Shown here: one piece after another, positions 1-7,927 of the stretch
How the letters are laid out: each line of letters begins with the position of its first letter
Numbering within the stretch: position 1 is the first letter of the stretch
Origin: Candidatus Fervidifonticultor secundus
Lineage (GTDB): Bacteria > Sysuimicrobiota > Sysuimicrobiia > Sysuimicrobiales > Humicultoraceae
NCBI GenBank assembly: GCA_031459385.1
Contig: JAVKIP010000038.1
Span: 1 to 13,310, forward strand
DNA: 13,310 nucleotides
Direction: 5' to 3'
The notes under the pieces: generated by a model
Seen by the model: the letters and a program-made list of their open reading frames with translations, nothing else
The model's database searches: none
Told to the model about the DNA's origin: nothing
Made by a program: the position numbers and the translations under genes

Positions 1-2
1 AT

Positions 3-713
3 ATCGACGCGCTGCTGTCCCCGCCCGGGCCGCAGCATCTGTTCGGAACCGACGAACTGGGCCGCGACATCTTCAGCCGGGTGATCTTCGGCACGCGCTA
101 CGCGCTGCTCATCGGGGTCGCGGTGGTCATCATCGAGGCCGTCATCGGGATCGTGCTCGGGGCGTGTGCCGCGTTCTTCGGCGGCTGGCTGGACGCGCTG
201 CTAATGCGGATCGTGGACGTGATGCTGGCGGTGCCGACGCTGGTCCTGGCGCTGGCCATCGCCGGGGTGCTGGGCGGCGGCCTGGGCAACATGATCCTGG
301 CCATCGGCGTTACGGGCTGGCGCGAGTTCGCCCGATTGATCCGGGGCCAGGTGCTGGTCATCCGGACGACGCAGTACGTGGAGGCCGCCCGGGCCGTGGG
401 CGCCGGCGACGCGCGCGTGCTGGCCCGGCACGTCCTGCCCAACGCGCTGGGCACGGTGATCGTCTTTACCACGCTGGAGATGCCCGCCGCGCTGTTGTGG
501 GCCGCGTCGCTGAGCTTCCTCGGTCTGGGCGCGCAGCCGCCCACGCCGGAGTGGGGCGCGATGGTCTCCGAGGGCCGGGGATTCGTCGGGCAGGCGTGGT
601 GGGTGTCGACCTTTCCGGGCCTGGCCATTATGACCACGGTGCTCGGGTTCAACTTCCTGGGCGACGGCCTGCGGGATCTCCTCGATCCGCGCACAGCACG
701 CGTGCTCCAGTAA
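3..713 (+). CDS. Peptide/nickel (Dpp/Opp/Gsi-type) ABC transporter permease, DppC/OppC-like; 5'-truncated by the window edge
   Basis: The frame is open from base 3 (IDALLSPPGPQHLFGTDELGRDIFSRVIFG), the typical DppC GTDxLGRD motif, so the track's start at 81 is internal. It also has the EAA loop (YVEAARAVGA...RHVLPN), SLSFLGLGAQPPTPEWG and the C-terminal FNFLGDGLRDLLDPR. Confidence 0.95.
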   Translation: MDALLSPPGPQHLFGTDELGRDIFSRVIFGTRYALLIGVAVVIIEAVIGIVLGACAAFFGGWLDALLMRIVDVMLAVPTLVLALAIAGVLGGGLGNMILAIGVTGWREFARLIRGQVLVIRTTQYVEAARAVGAGDARVLARHVLPNALGTVIVFTTLEMPAALLWAASLSFLGLGAQPPTPEWGAMVSEGRGFVGQAWWVSTFPGLAIMTTVLGFNFLGDGLRDLLDPRTARVLQ

Positions 714-734
714 ACGCGCACATATGGAGGCGCC

Positions 735-1565
735 ATGATGACTCCCGCATTCAAGCGCGTCCTCGCTCCGCTGGACGGCTCGCCGCTGGCCGAGCGTGGT
801 CTCGACTACGCCGTCCGCCTAGCGCGTGCGTTGGGCGTCGGCCTCGCGCTGGTCCGCGTCGTGACCAATCGCCGGCAGGCCCCCTCCGCCCGGCTGTACC
901 TCGAGGAGGTGGCCCGGGGAGCAGCGGCGGATCTGGAGACGGGCATTGAGGTCCGCTACGGCGACCCCGCGCGCGAGATCCTGGCCGCCGAGCGTGAGGG
1001 CGACCTCTTGGTCATGACGTCTCACGGCGCGACGGGCCTCGAGCGGTTCTTGCTCGGGAGCGTCGCCGATCGGGTCCTGCGCTACGGGCGCGCGCCGGTC
1101 TTCCTGGCGCGGGCCTTCCATCCGCCGGCGACGGTCCTCTCGCCGATCCTGGTGCCGCTGGATGGCTCTGAACAGGCCGAGGCCATTCTCCCCTACGCAA
1201 CGCTGTTGGCACGGACGCTGGGTGCAGATCTGAAGCTCCTCCGGGTGATCCACGCCCGGGCGTTCGACACCGTGGCGTATCCACCCCAGATCGTGGAGAT
1301 GACGTTGGAGTGGGAACGCGCCGAGGGCCACCGGTACATCGAGCGACTCGTGCAGAGGCTGGCCGCGGACGGCCTCCGGGCGCGCGGCAGCGTGCGCGAA
1401 GCCGAACCCTTCCAGGCCATCGTGGAGGCGGCCGGGGAAGAAGAAGGCGGGCTCATCGCCATGGCCACCCATGCCAGGACCGGACTGGTCCGGACGCTGC
1501 TGGGCAGCGTGGCCGCCAGCGTCAGTGAGCATGCCTCCGATCCGGTCCTGCTGCTGAAGGTCTAG
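735..1565 (+). CDS. Universal stress protein with two UspA domains
   Basis: Two Usp repeats: RVLAPLDGSPLAE...LVMTSHGATGLERFLLGSVADRVLR and ILVPLDGSEQAE...IAMATHARTGLVRTLLGSVAASV. SD GGAGG at 726-730; the start is ATG 735 or 738. Confidence 0.93.
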   Translation: MMTPAFKRVLAPLDGSPLAERGLDYAVRLARALGVGLALVRVVTNRRQAPSARLYLEEVARGAAADLETGIEVRYGDPAREILAAEREGDLLVMTSHGATGLERFLLGSVADRVLRYGRAPVFLARAFHPPATVLSPILVPLDGSEQAEAILPYATLLARTLGADLKLLRVIHARAFDTVAYPPQIVEMTLEWERAEGHRYIERLVQRLAADGLRARGSVREAEPFQAIVEAAGEEEGGLIAMATHARTGLVRTLLGSVAASVSEHASDPVLLLKV

Positions 1566-1574
1566 GCGCCGTCG

Positions 1575-2747
1575 GTGGATCTGGCGGGGCTGCTGCCGGT
1601 CGTCGCCGCAGGCGTGGCCGCGGCTGCTGAGGCGCGGCGCCACTGGGTCTGCTTGCGCAGCATCAGGCACCGCATCCACGTCAACGGGACCAGAGGCAAG
1701 TCGAGCGTGGTGCGGCTGATCGCGGCCGGCCTGCGTGCGGGCGGCCTGCGGGTGGTGGCCAAAACCACCGGGTCGGCGCCGCGCGTCATTCTCCCCGACG
1801 GGTCAGAACGCGACCTGCGGGGTCGGCGCCGCGCGTCGTTGCTCGAGTACCGCAGCGCAGCCGCGCTGGCGGCGCGGCTGCGCGCCGACGCGCTGGTCGC
1901 AGAGTGCATGGCCTTGCGGCCGGAGTCCCAGCGCGTCGCCGAGCACTGCCTGATGCGTTCGACCGTCGGCGTACTCACCGGTGTCGGGCTCGACCACGTG
2001 GGGATCATGGGCGACTCCCTCGCCGAGATCGCCGAGGTCCTGGGCCGGACGATCCCTGCAGGCGGCCTGCTCCTGGTGCCGGGCCCGGAGGTGCCGCCGG
2101 TCTGGCTGGCGAGGGCGCGGGCGCAGGGAACCGTGGTCCGCCTCGTGCAGGTCGAGTCCGGGGTTGTGATGCCTGAGGCCTATCGCGAGTGGCCCGAGAA
2201 CGTGGCCCTGGCCCTGGCCGCCTGCGAGGAGGTAGGGGTCTCGCGCGAGGCCGCGCTCTCCGGTATCAGGATGGCCTCTCCGGACCCTGGTGCCCTGCGG
2301 ATCTGGAGACTTCGGGAACCGGGGCGCCAGACCTTGCTCATCGGAGCGTTCGGCGCCAACGATCCGGACTCATCCCGGCGGATCATCGAACGCGTGCGCC
2401 GGGAGTCCGGCCTGGCAGACGCGCCGGTGGTCGCGGTGCTCAACACGCGCGCCGACCGGGGTGAACGCACCTTGCAGTGGTGCGAGGCGTTGCTGGCCGG
2501 TGCGGTACCGGCCAGCCGCGTGATCGTCACCGGGCCGCACGCCCCTGCGGCCGTACGGATTCTGGTACGGGGTGGGTGGCCACGGCAGGACGCGGCGGCG
2601 GCGCCCCCGCGTCCTGCCGCGATCACCGCTGCCGCAGTGGCCCAGCGCGGTGCTGCCGTTGTCGCCGGCCTGGGCAACGTGCGCGGCGCCGGTGCCGCGC
2701 TGTTGGACTACTGGGCGACGGTCGCCGAAGAGATCGTCCGTGGCTGA
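1575..2747 (+). CDS. pgsB: Poly-gamma-glutamate synthase PgsB/CapB (Mur-ligase superfamily)
   Basis: N-terminal hydrophobic anchor, then RIHVNGTRGKSSVVRLIAAGL (P-loop), AKTTGS, ECMA, DH-x-x-x-MG, PDPGAL, AFGANDPDS and NTRADRGERT, all matching PgsB/CapB motifs. 390 aa, and overlaps pgsC. Confidence 0.93.
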   Translation: MDLAGLLPVVAAGVAAAAEARRHWVCLRSIRHRIHVNGTRGKSSVVRLIAAGLRAGGLRVVAKTTGSAPRVILPDGSERDLRGRRRASLLEYRSAAALAARLRADALVAECMALRPESQRVAEHCLMRSTVGVLTGVGLDHVGIMGDSLAEIAEVLGRTIPAGGLLLVPGPEVPPVWLARARAQGTVVRLVQVESGVVMPEAYREWPENVALALAACEEVGVSREAALSGIRMASPDPGALRIWRLREPGRQTLLIGAFGANDPDSSRRIIERVRRESGLADAPVVAVLNTRADRGERTLQWCEALLAGAVPASRVIVTGPHAPAAVRILVRGGWPRQDAAAAPPRPAAITAAAVAQRGAAVVAGLGNVRGAGAALLDYWATVAEEIVRG

Positions 2748-3171
2748 GCCCATCGGCATCGGTCTGATCGTCTCGCTGGTGCTCTCCGAGGCCGTGGGCC
2801 TCTCAGCCGGAGGGCTCATCACCCCGGCCTACCTGGCGCTGCTGGCGGATCAGCCATGGCGGCTCGCCGGGACCCTGATCGCCGCGACGCTGGCGCTTGG
2901 TATCTACCGCGCGATCGCGGCTTTCCTGATCCTGTTCGGGCGGCGGCGGTTCGTCGCCATGGTGCTGCTGGGTATCCTGTGCAAGTGGGCGGTGACGGCG
3001 CTCGCGCCGGGCCTGGCTGCGACGGTGGGCGTGCCCGTGGGCGCCGTGGGCTTCGTCCTGCCAGGGCTCATCGCCAACGACTTCGAGCGGCAGGGCGTGC
3101 TGGCGACTCTGGCCATGCTGGCGCTGGCGACCGCGGCCTGCGTCCTGGCCTTGCGCGTCCTGGGGTACTGA
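2740..3171 (+). CDS. pgsC: Poly-gamma-glutamate biosynthesis membrane protein PgsC/CapC
   Basis: GTG at 2740 overlaps the pgsB stop, giving a 143-aa hydrophobic protein with IGIGLIVSL, GLSAGGLITPAYLAL, LILFGRRRFVAMVLLG and VGFVLPGLIANDFERQG (CapC motifs). The track's 2572 start adds a spurious extension. Confidence 0.93.
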   Translation: MAEPIGIGLIVSLVLSEAVGLSAGGLITPAYLALLADQPWRLAGTLIAATLALGIYRAIAAFLILFGRRRFVAMVLLGILCKWAVTALAPGLAATVGVPVGAVGFVLPGLIANDFERQGVLATLAMLALATAACVLALRVLGY

Positions 3172-3172
3172 G

Positions 3173-4267
3173 ATGCGCTCGCGACGCTACGGTCCACGGG
3201 CGCTGCTCGCGATGCTCGCCCTGGCTGTGGCCGCAGGCGTCGGGACCCGAGCGGCCTCCCCGGTGCGCGATCCCCACAGCGGCGCCATGCGCCAGGCCGC
3301 CGTGCGCGCCGCCGACGCGATCGCGGTCATTCGCCGCGCCAGGCAGGCCAGGGGGCTGCCTCTCGATCCATACGCCGACCCAAATCGCACGGGTCTGGTC
3401 GGTGTCGAGTCCTCGCCCATCACCACCACGCTGGGTGACCTGGCGGCGAAGCGGACCACCACCAATCCCAACATGGCGGCCGCACTGGTGCGGTGGCTGG
3501 CCGAGGCTGGCGTGCGGCCCGGAGTCGTGGTGGCCGTCGGAGCGTCTGGTTCGTTTCCCGGGCTCATCATCGCGACCCTGGCAGCCGCGCATGCCCTGGG
3601 CGCCGAGCCCGTGGTCATCTCGTCGGTGGCGTCGTCGAGCTGGGGCGCGAACCTCCCGTCGTTGACGTGGCTGGACATGGAAGCCGCCCTGGTCGCCGCG
3701 GGGTGGGGGCCTCGCTCGGTGGCCGCCTCCCCTGGCGGGGACGCCGATGTCGGCGCGGGCCTGGACGCCGATGGGCGAGCGATGCTGCAGGCGGCGATGG
3801 CCCGCAACCGTGTGCCGCCCATCAGGGGCGAGGGCTTGCGCGAGCGCGTCGCCGCCCGGATGGCTGCCTATGATGCTGCGGTCGCGGGCCGGGCGCTGGC
3901 GGCGTTCGTGAACGTGGGCGGGGCCGCCGCCAACGTGGGGACCTGCCTCGGGATCCTCCGCGTCGCGCCGGGCGTGCACCGACGGCTCCCCGCGTGCCGC
4001 GGTGAACCCGGTGTCCTCTGGCTCATGAGCCGCCGCGGCGTGCCGGTCGTACACCTGTTGCACGTGGACGGCATTGCCGCTGCGTTCGGCCTGCCCAGGG
4101 ATCCGGTCCCGCTGCCGGTGCCCGGACTTGGAGCGCCGTTCGCCCGCATGCCGCGCCGGGCCGCCGTGGCCATGCTGGCGCTCCTGCTGAGCGGCATCGC
4201 CGTGATCGTGCGCTGGAACGAACGAACTGTGCGTTCCGTGCGGCCGACCCATCAGGTGGAGGCCTGA
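3173..4267 (+). CDS. pgsW: Poly-gamma-glutamate system accessory protein (PgsW / TIGR04332-like)
   Basis: Starts 1 nt after the pgsC stop. Motifs DPNRTGLVG, SPITTTLGDLAAKRTTTNPN, VAVGASGSFPGL, ISSVASSSWGAN, FVNVGG and GVPVVHLL are as recalled for this family. N-terminal signal/anchor and C-terminal TM helix. Confidence 0.82.
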   Translation: MRSRRYGPRALLAMLALAVAAGVGTRAASPVRDPHSGAMRQAAVRAADAIAVIRRARQARGLPLDPYADPNRTGLVGVESSPITTTLGDLAAKRTTTNPNMAAALVRWLAEAGVRPGVVVAVGASGSFPGLIIATLAAAHALGAEPVVISSVASSSWGANLPSLTWLDMEAALVAAGWGPRSVAASPGGDADVGAGLDADGRAMLQAAMARNRVPPIRGEGLRERVAARMAAYDAAVAGRALAAFVNVGGAAANVGTCLGILRVAPGVHRRLPACRGEPGVLWLMSRRGVPVVHLLHVDGIAAAFGLPRDPVPLPVPGLGAPFARMPRRAAVAMLALLLSGIAVIVRWNERTVRSVRPTHQVEA

Positions 4268-4287
4268 TACGGGCGCCGCGCGGGCCC

Positions 4288-4296
4288 TGCTATCGT
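4288..4296 (+). promoter_or_regulatory. Possible extended -10 element (TGcTATCGT) for an internal promoter
   Basis: TGn-TAnnnT pattern in the pgsW/DUF6305 spacer, 10 nt upstream of the strong SD AGAGGAGGTG (4307-4316). No clear -35. Confidence 0.3.
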
Positions 4297-4322
4297 CGGA
4301 GCTGGCAGAGGAGGTGGTCATC

Positions 4323-4880
4323 GTGCGCACCTGCCTGGCTGTGTGGCTGGCGGTGGCGCTGTTGGTTCTGCCCGACGCCGTCTGGGCGGCGCCATCGTTC
4401 ACCGCGGAACCGCCGGTCCTGCTCACATCCGCGGGGCAGAGTGCCGACCTCCAGATCGTCAAGGTCCTCCTCGACCGGCTCAAGGTCCCATTGATCACGA
4501 AGGCCCTCGCCAGGCCCGACGACCTCCGCGATGCCAAGACGCTGGTCCTGGCCATCGGCGGCAGTACCAAGGGGCTGGGGGCCGCGGGAATCGACGCCGA
4601 CGGCGAGCTCGCCAGACTGCAGGCACTCCTGGCCCGCGCTGGGGAGGCCGGGGTGAAGATCCTGGCGCTGCACGTGGGTGGCAGCGCCCGGCGGGGCGAA
4701 CTCTCGGACCGGTTCATCGCCGCCGTCGTGCCCAAGAGCGGCCATGTGGTAGTGGTCGCAGAAGGCAATGCCGACGGTCTCTTCACGAGGCTGACGGCGC
4801 AGTCGAAGGTGACCATGGAGACGGTGGACAGACTCGGCGATCTGGAAGGGGTGTTGCGCCGCATTTTCCGCGTCCGATAG
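4323..4880 (+). CDS. Exported DUF6305-like protein of unknown function
   Basis: The SD at 4307-4316 favours GTG 4323 over the track's 4314. Signal peptide MRTCLAVWLAVALLVLPDAVWA|A. Conserved-looking blocks PVLLTSAGQSAD, KTLVLAIGGSTKGLGAAGID, LHVGGSARRGELSD and GNADGLFT recall DUF6305. Confidence 0.75.
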   Translation: MRTCLAVWLAVALLVLPDAVWAAPSFTAEPPVLLTSAGQSADLQIVKVLLDRLKVPLITKALARPDDLRDAKTLVLAIGGSTKGLGAAGIDADGELARLQALLARAGEAGVKILALHVGGSARRGELSDRFIAAVVPKSGHVVVVAEGNADGLFTRLTAQSKVTMETVDRLGDLEGVLRRIFRVR

Positions 4881-4921
4881 GTCCGCCGGGCAGCGTCAAT
4901 CCCAAGGGAGGTGAACAGATC

Positions 4922-6613
4922 ATGCCCGCGCGCGTGGAGCGAACGGCCATTGCCTGTCTTGGCGTGCTCCTGATAGCCTCCATGGCGGCGCCCACCCCGG
5001 TGGGCGCGCAGACCGCGCGGCCGATCGCCGTGGGTCGGACGGGGATGGTGGCGTCGGCCACGCCGCTGGCCACAGAGATTGGCCTCCAGATTCTCGAGCA
5101 GGGCGGCAACGCCGTGGATGCCGCGGTGGCCACGGCGTTCGCGCTGGGTGTTGCCGAGCCCAACGCATCGGGTCTCGGCGGCGGTGGGTTTGTGCTTATT
5201 CGCCTCAGGTCGGGAGAGGTGGCGTTCATCGACTACCGGGAGGCCGCCCCTGGCAAAGCCACGCCCGACATGTATCTGGGTCCGGACGGCCGCGTGCGGC
5301 CCAACGCCACCACCATCGGTCACCTGGCCGTGGCCGTGCCCGGCACGCTGGCCGGCCTGGCCATGGCGCTGCAGCGCTACGGCACCATGAGTCTGCGGCA
5401 GGTCATGGCGCCGTCCATCGCCCTGGCCGAGCGCGGGTACGCCGTGACCAAGACGCTCAACGGAATCATGGTCGACAACCTGGCGAAGTTGAACATGTTC
5501 CCCGCCGCGGCCGCGGTATATACCAAACGGGGGTTGCCCTACGACGTGGGCGACCGTCTGGTGCTCAAAGACCTGGCCGCGACCTACCGGCTGATTGCAT
5601 CGTGGGGCCCCGACGTCTTCTACAGGGGCGAGATCGCCGACGCCATCGTGGCGGAGATGGCGCGCGGCCACGGGCTCATCACGAAGGAGGACCTGGCCAA
5701 CTACCGACCGAAGCTGCGCACACCGGTGCGCTCGACCTACCGCGGGTACGAGATCATCTCCAGCCCTCCGCCGTCCTCGGGCGGCACCCATATCATCGAG
5801 GCGCTGAACATCCTCGAGGGGTTCAACATGACGGCCCTGGGATTCCAGACGCCGGCAGCACTCCACGTCACCGCCGAGGCCCTCAAGCGGTCCTTTGCCG
5901 ACCGGGCGCGGTACATGGCCGACACCGACTTCGTGCCGGTGCCAATCGCCGGGCTGACCTCGAAGGCCTACGCCGAGACGCTGCGGCGGACCATCGATCC
6001 GAACCGCGCATCACCGGCCCCCTCGCCCGGCAACCCGGAGCCGTTTGCCAAGTCGGCCAACACCTCGCACATCTCGGTGGTGGACCGCGACGGGAACATG
6101 GTGGCGCTCACGCAGACCATCAACTACTTCTTCGGCTCCGGCGTGCTTGTGCCGGGCACCGGCATCATGCTCAACAACGAGATGGACGACTTCGTACCCA
6201 CGCCGGGTTCGGCCAACTCGGTGCAGGCAGGCAAGCGGCCGCTCTCCAGTATGGCGCCCACCATCGTGCTCAAGGACGGCCGGCCGTTCATGAGCGTGGG
6301 CACGCCGGGTGCCACCCGGATCATCTCGGCCCTGACCCAGATCATCATGAACATCGTGGACTATAACCTGGACATCCAGACGGCCATCGAGGCACCGCGC
6401 ATCCACGCCATGACCCGGGATGTCTTCCTGGAATCCCGCATCCCCCCCGACGTGCGCGAGGCATTGGCCCGCATGGGGCATCCCCTGCAGGTGCGGGGCG
6501 AGATGGACCTCTACTTCGGCGGCGCCCAGGGCATTGTGGTGGCGCCCAACGGCACACTCTACGGCGGCGCCGACCCACGCCGGGACGGGTTTGCCAGGGG
6601 GATCTGGCACTGA
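4922..6613 (+). CDS. ggt: Secreted gamma-glutamyltransferase (Ntn hydrolase; GGT/CapD family), 563 aa
   Basis: SD GGGAGGTGA (4906-4914) precedes ATG 4922, followed by a signal peptide. Motifs GGNAVDAAVA, EPNASGLGGGGF, IDYREAAP, VAVPG, PPPSSGG, the autoproteolysis site N|TSHISVVD (Thr codon 6062-6064), NNEMDDF, KRPLSSM and GGADPRR. Confidence 0.96.
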   Translation: MPARVERTAIACLGVLLIASMAAPTPVGAQTARPIAVGRTGMVASATPLATEIGLQILEQGGNAVDAAVATAFALGVAEPNASGLGGGGFVLIRLRSGEVAFIDYREAAPGKATPDMYLGPDGRVRPNATTIGHLAVAVPGTLAGLAMALQRYGTMSLRQVMAPSIALAERGYAVTKTLNGIMVDNLAKLNMFPAAAAVYTKRGLPYDVGDRLVLKDLAATYRLIASWGPDVFYRGEIADAIVAEMARGHGLITKEDLANYRPKLRTPVRSTYRGYEIISSPPPSSGGTHIIEALNILEGFNMTALGFQTPAALHVTAEALKRSFADRARYMADTDFVPVPIAGLTSKAYAETLRRTIDPNRASPAPSPGNPEPFAKSANTSHISVVDRDGNMVALTQTINYFFGSGVLVPGTGIMLNNEMDDFVPTPGSANSVQAGKRPLSSMAPTIVLKDGRPFMSVGTPGATRIISALTQIIMNIVDYNLDIQTAIEAPRIHAMTRDVFLESRIPPDVREALARMGHPLQVRGEMDLYFGGAQGIVVAPNGTLYGGADPRRDGFARGIWH

Positions 6614-6655
6614 GCTCCGGCCTGTCGGCCCCGACGCCCTGACCCAGTCTGCGGT

Positions 6656-7927
6656 ATGCTACAACCCGCGCTGCTGCTCGTGGCCATGACCGCGGTGTTC
6701 GTCGCGGCGGCCCTGGGCCTGCGCTGGCCGGTGGGGTTCTCGTTGATGCTCGGCGCGGTGGCCGGTACGCTACTGGCCGGCGAGGGCGTGCCGGTCCGCC
6801 ACCTGGTCGAGGGCAGCTTCGGTTTTCTCGACATCACCCTGATGATCGGTTCGGCCATGATCTTCATGAAGGTCTTGCAGCGCAATGGCCTGTTGGAGAC
6901 GCTGGGCCGACAGATCATCGACGGGTTGGGGGATCGGCCCGCGCTGCTGCTGGTGGCGCTGGCGCTGTTCATCATGTTTCCCGGCATGATAACCGGCTCG
7001 TCCAGCGCGTGCGTCTTCACCACGGGTGCCATCGCCGCACCGGTGCTGCTGGCTCTCGGCATCCCCGCGGAACAGACCGCGGCGATCATCGCTGTGGGCG
7101 CGGTGCTGGGCATGATCGCGCCACCGGTCAACATCCCGGCCATGATCATCGGCGGTGGGGTGGACATGCCATACGTAGGGTTCGGGCTCCCTCTACTGGT
7201 GCTCACAGTGCCGCTGGCGATGGGGCTGGTGCTCATGCTGGGGCGTCGCTTCGTGCGGGACCGGGCAGCGATCGCGCCCGACCGGCTGCCCGCCTCGCAC
7301 TACGCCCGCTTCGGCGCCAGGCTCTACCTGCCACTGGTTGTCGTCGGCGTGCTGATGTTTGGTCCCAAGGTGACGCCTCGCCTCCCGGATCTGGGCCTCC
7401 CCCTGATCTTTCTGCTCGGGGCCGCCACGGGGCTCGTCATCGGGCTGCCCATCCATCCCCTTCGCGTGGCCAAAGAGGCGGTACACGAGGCCCTGCCGGT
7501 CATGGGCATCCTGATGGGGGTCGGGATGTTCATCCAGGTCATGACCCTGACCGGGGCCAGGGGTGCGTTCGTGGTGGCGGCCCTGGTGCTGCCCGCCGCC
7601 TTGCTGTTTGTGGCGACCGCGGTGGCCATCCCGCTCTTCGGTGCCGTCTCGGCTTTCGGGTCTGCATCGGTGCTGGGCGTCCCGATCTTCCTGGCCCTGC
7701 TGGGTCGCAACGGGATCGTGGTGGGGTCGGCGCTGTCGCTGGTCGCGAGCCTGGGCGATCTGATGCCGCCCACGGCCCTGGCCGGGATCTTCGCCTCCCA
7801 GGTGGTCGGGCTGCCCGGCTATTTCGGGACGCTGCGGCGCTGCCTGATCCCGGCCGTCATCATTGATCTCGTGGGCATCGGCGCCCTGGTGTGGGCGAAC
7901 CCGTTGGCCCGGCTGCTCGGCCTGTGA
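6656..7927 (+). CDS. Ion-transporter superfamily permease (TRAP large subunit DctM-like / carboxylate transporter)
   Basis: 423 aa with about 11-12 hydrophobic segments. Repeated hairpin-like motifs FPGMITGSS...GMIAPPVNIP and FGAVSAFGS...GDLMPPTALAG are typical of DctM/IT transporters. No clear SD before the start. Confidence 0.8.
   Translation: MLQPALLLVAMTAVFVAAALGLRWPVGFSLMLGAVAGTLLAGEGVPVRHLVEGSFGFLDITLMIGSAMIFMKVLQRNGLLETLGRQIIDGLGDRPALLLVALALFIMFPGMITGSSSACVFTTGAIAAPVLLALGIPAEQTAAIIAVGAVLGMIAPPVNIPAMIIGGGVDMPYVGFGLPLLVLTVPLAMGLVLMLGRRFVRDRAAIAPDRLPASHYARFGARLYLPLVVVGVLMFGPKVTPRLPDLGLPLIFLLGAATGLVIGLPIHPLRVAKEAVHEALPVMGILMGVGMFIQVMTLTGARGAFVVAALVLPAALLFVATAVAIPLFGAVSAFGSASVLGVPIFLALLGRNGIVVGSALSLVASLGDLMPPTALAGIFASQVVGLPGYFGTLRRCLIPAVIIDLVGIGALVWANPLARLLGL

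Noticed and set aside
2572..2739. N-terminal extension of pgsC
   Set aside because: It lies inside pgsB. CapC-like sequence and typical length begin at GTG 2740.
4899..4906. ATCCCAAG upstream of ggt, repeated at 9241-9248 upstream of maeB
   Set aside because: Only 8 nt, two copies, at different distances from the start codons: insufficient to call an operator.
4343..4921. N-terminal extension making GGT 756 aa
   Set aside because: It overlaps the DUF6305-like gene out of frame. A strong SD and signal peptide mark ATG 4922 as the start.
3068..5866. 932-aa minus-strand ORF
   Set aside because: It is antisense to pgsW, DUF6305 and ggt, is Arg/Gly/His/Pro-rich and has no motifs: a typical high-GC shadow ORF. 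The other overlapping alternative-frame ORFs were rejected for the same reason.
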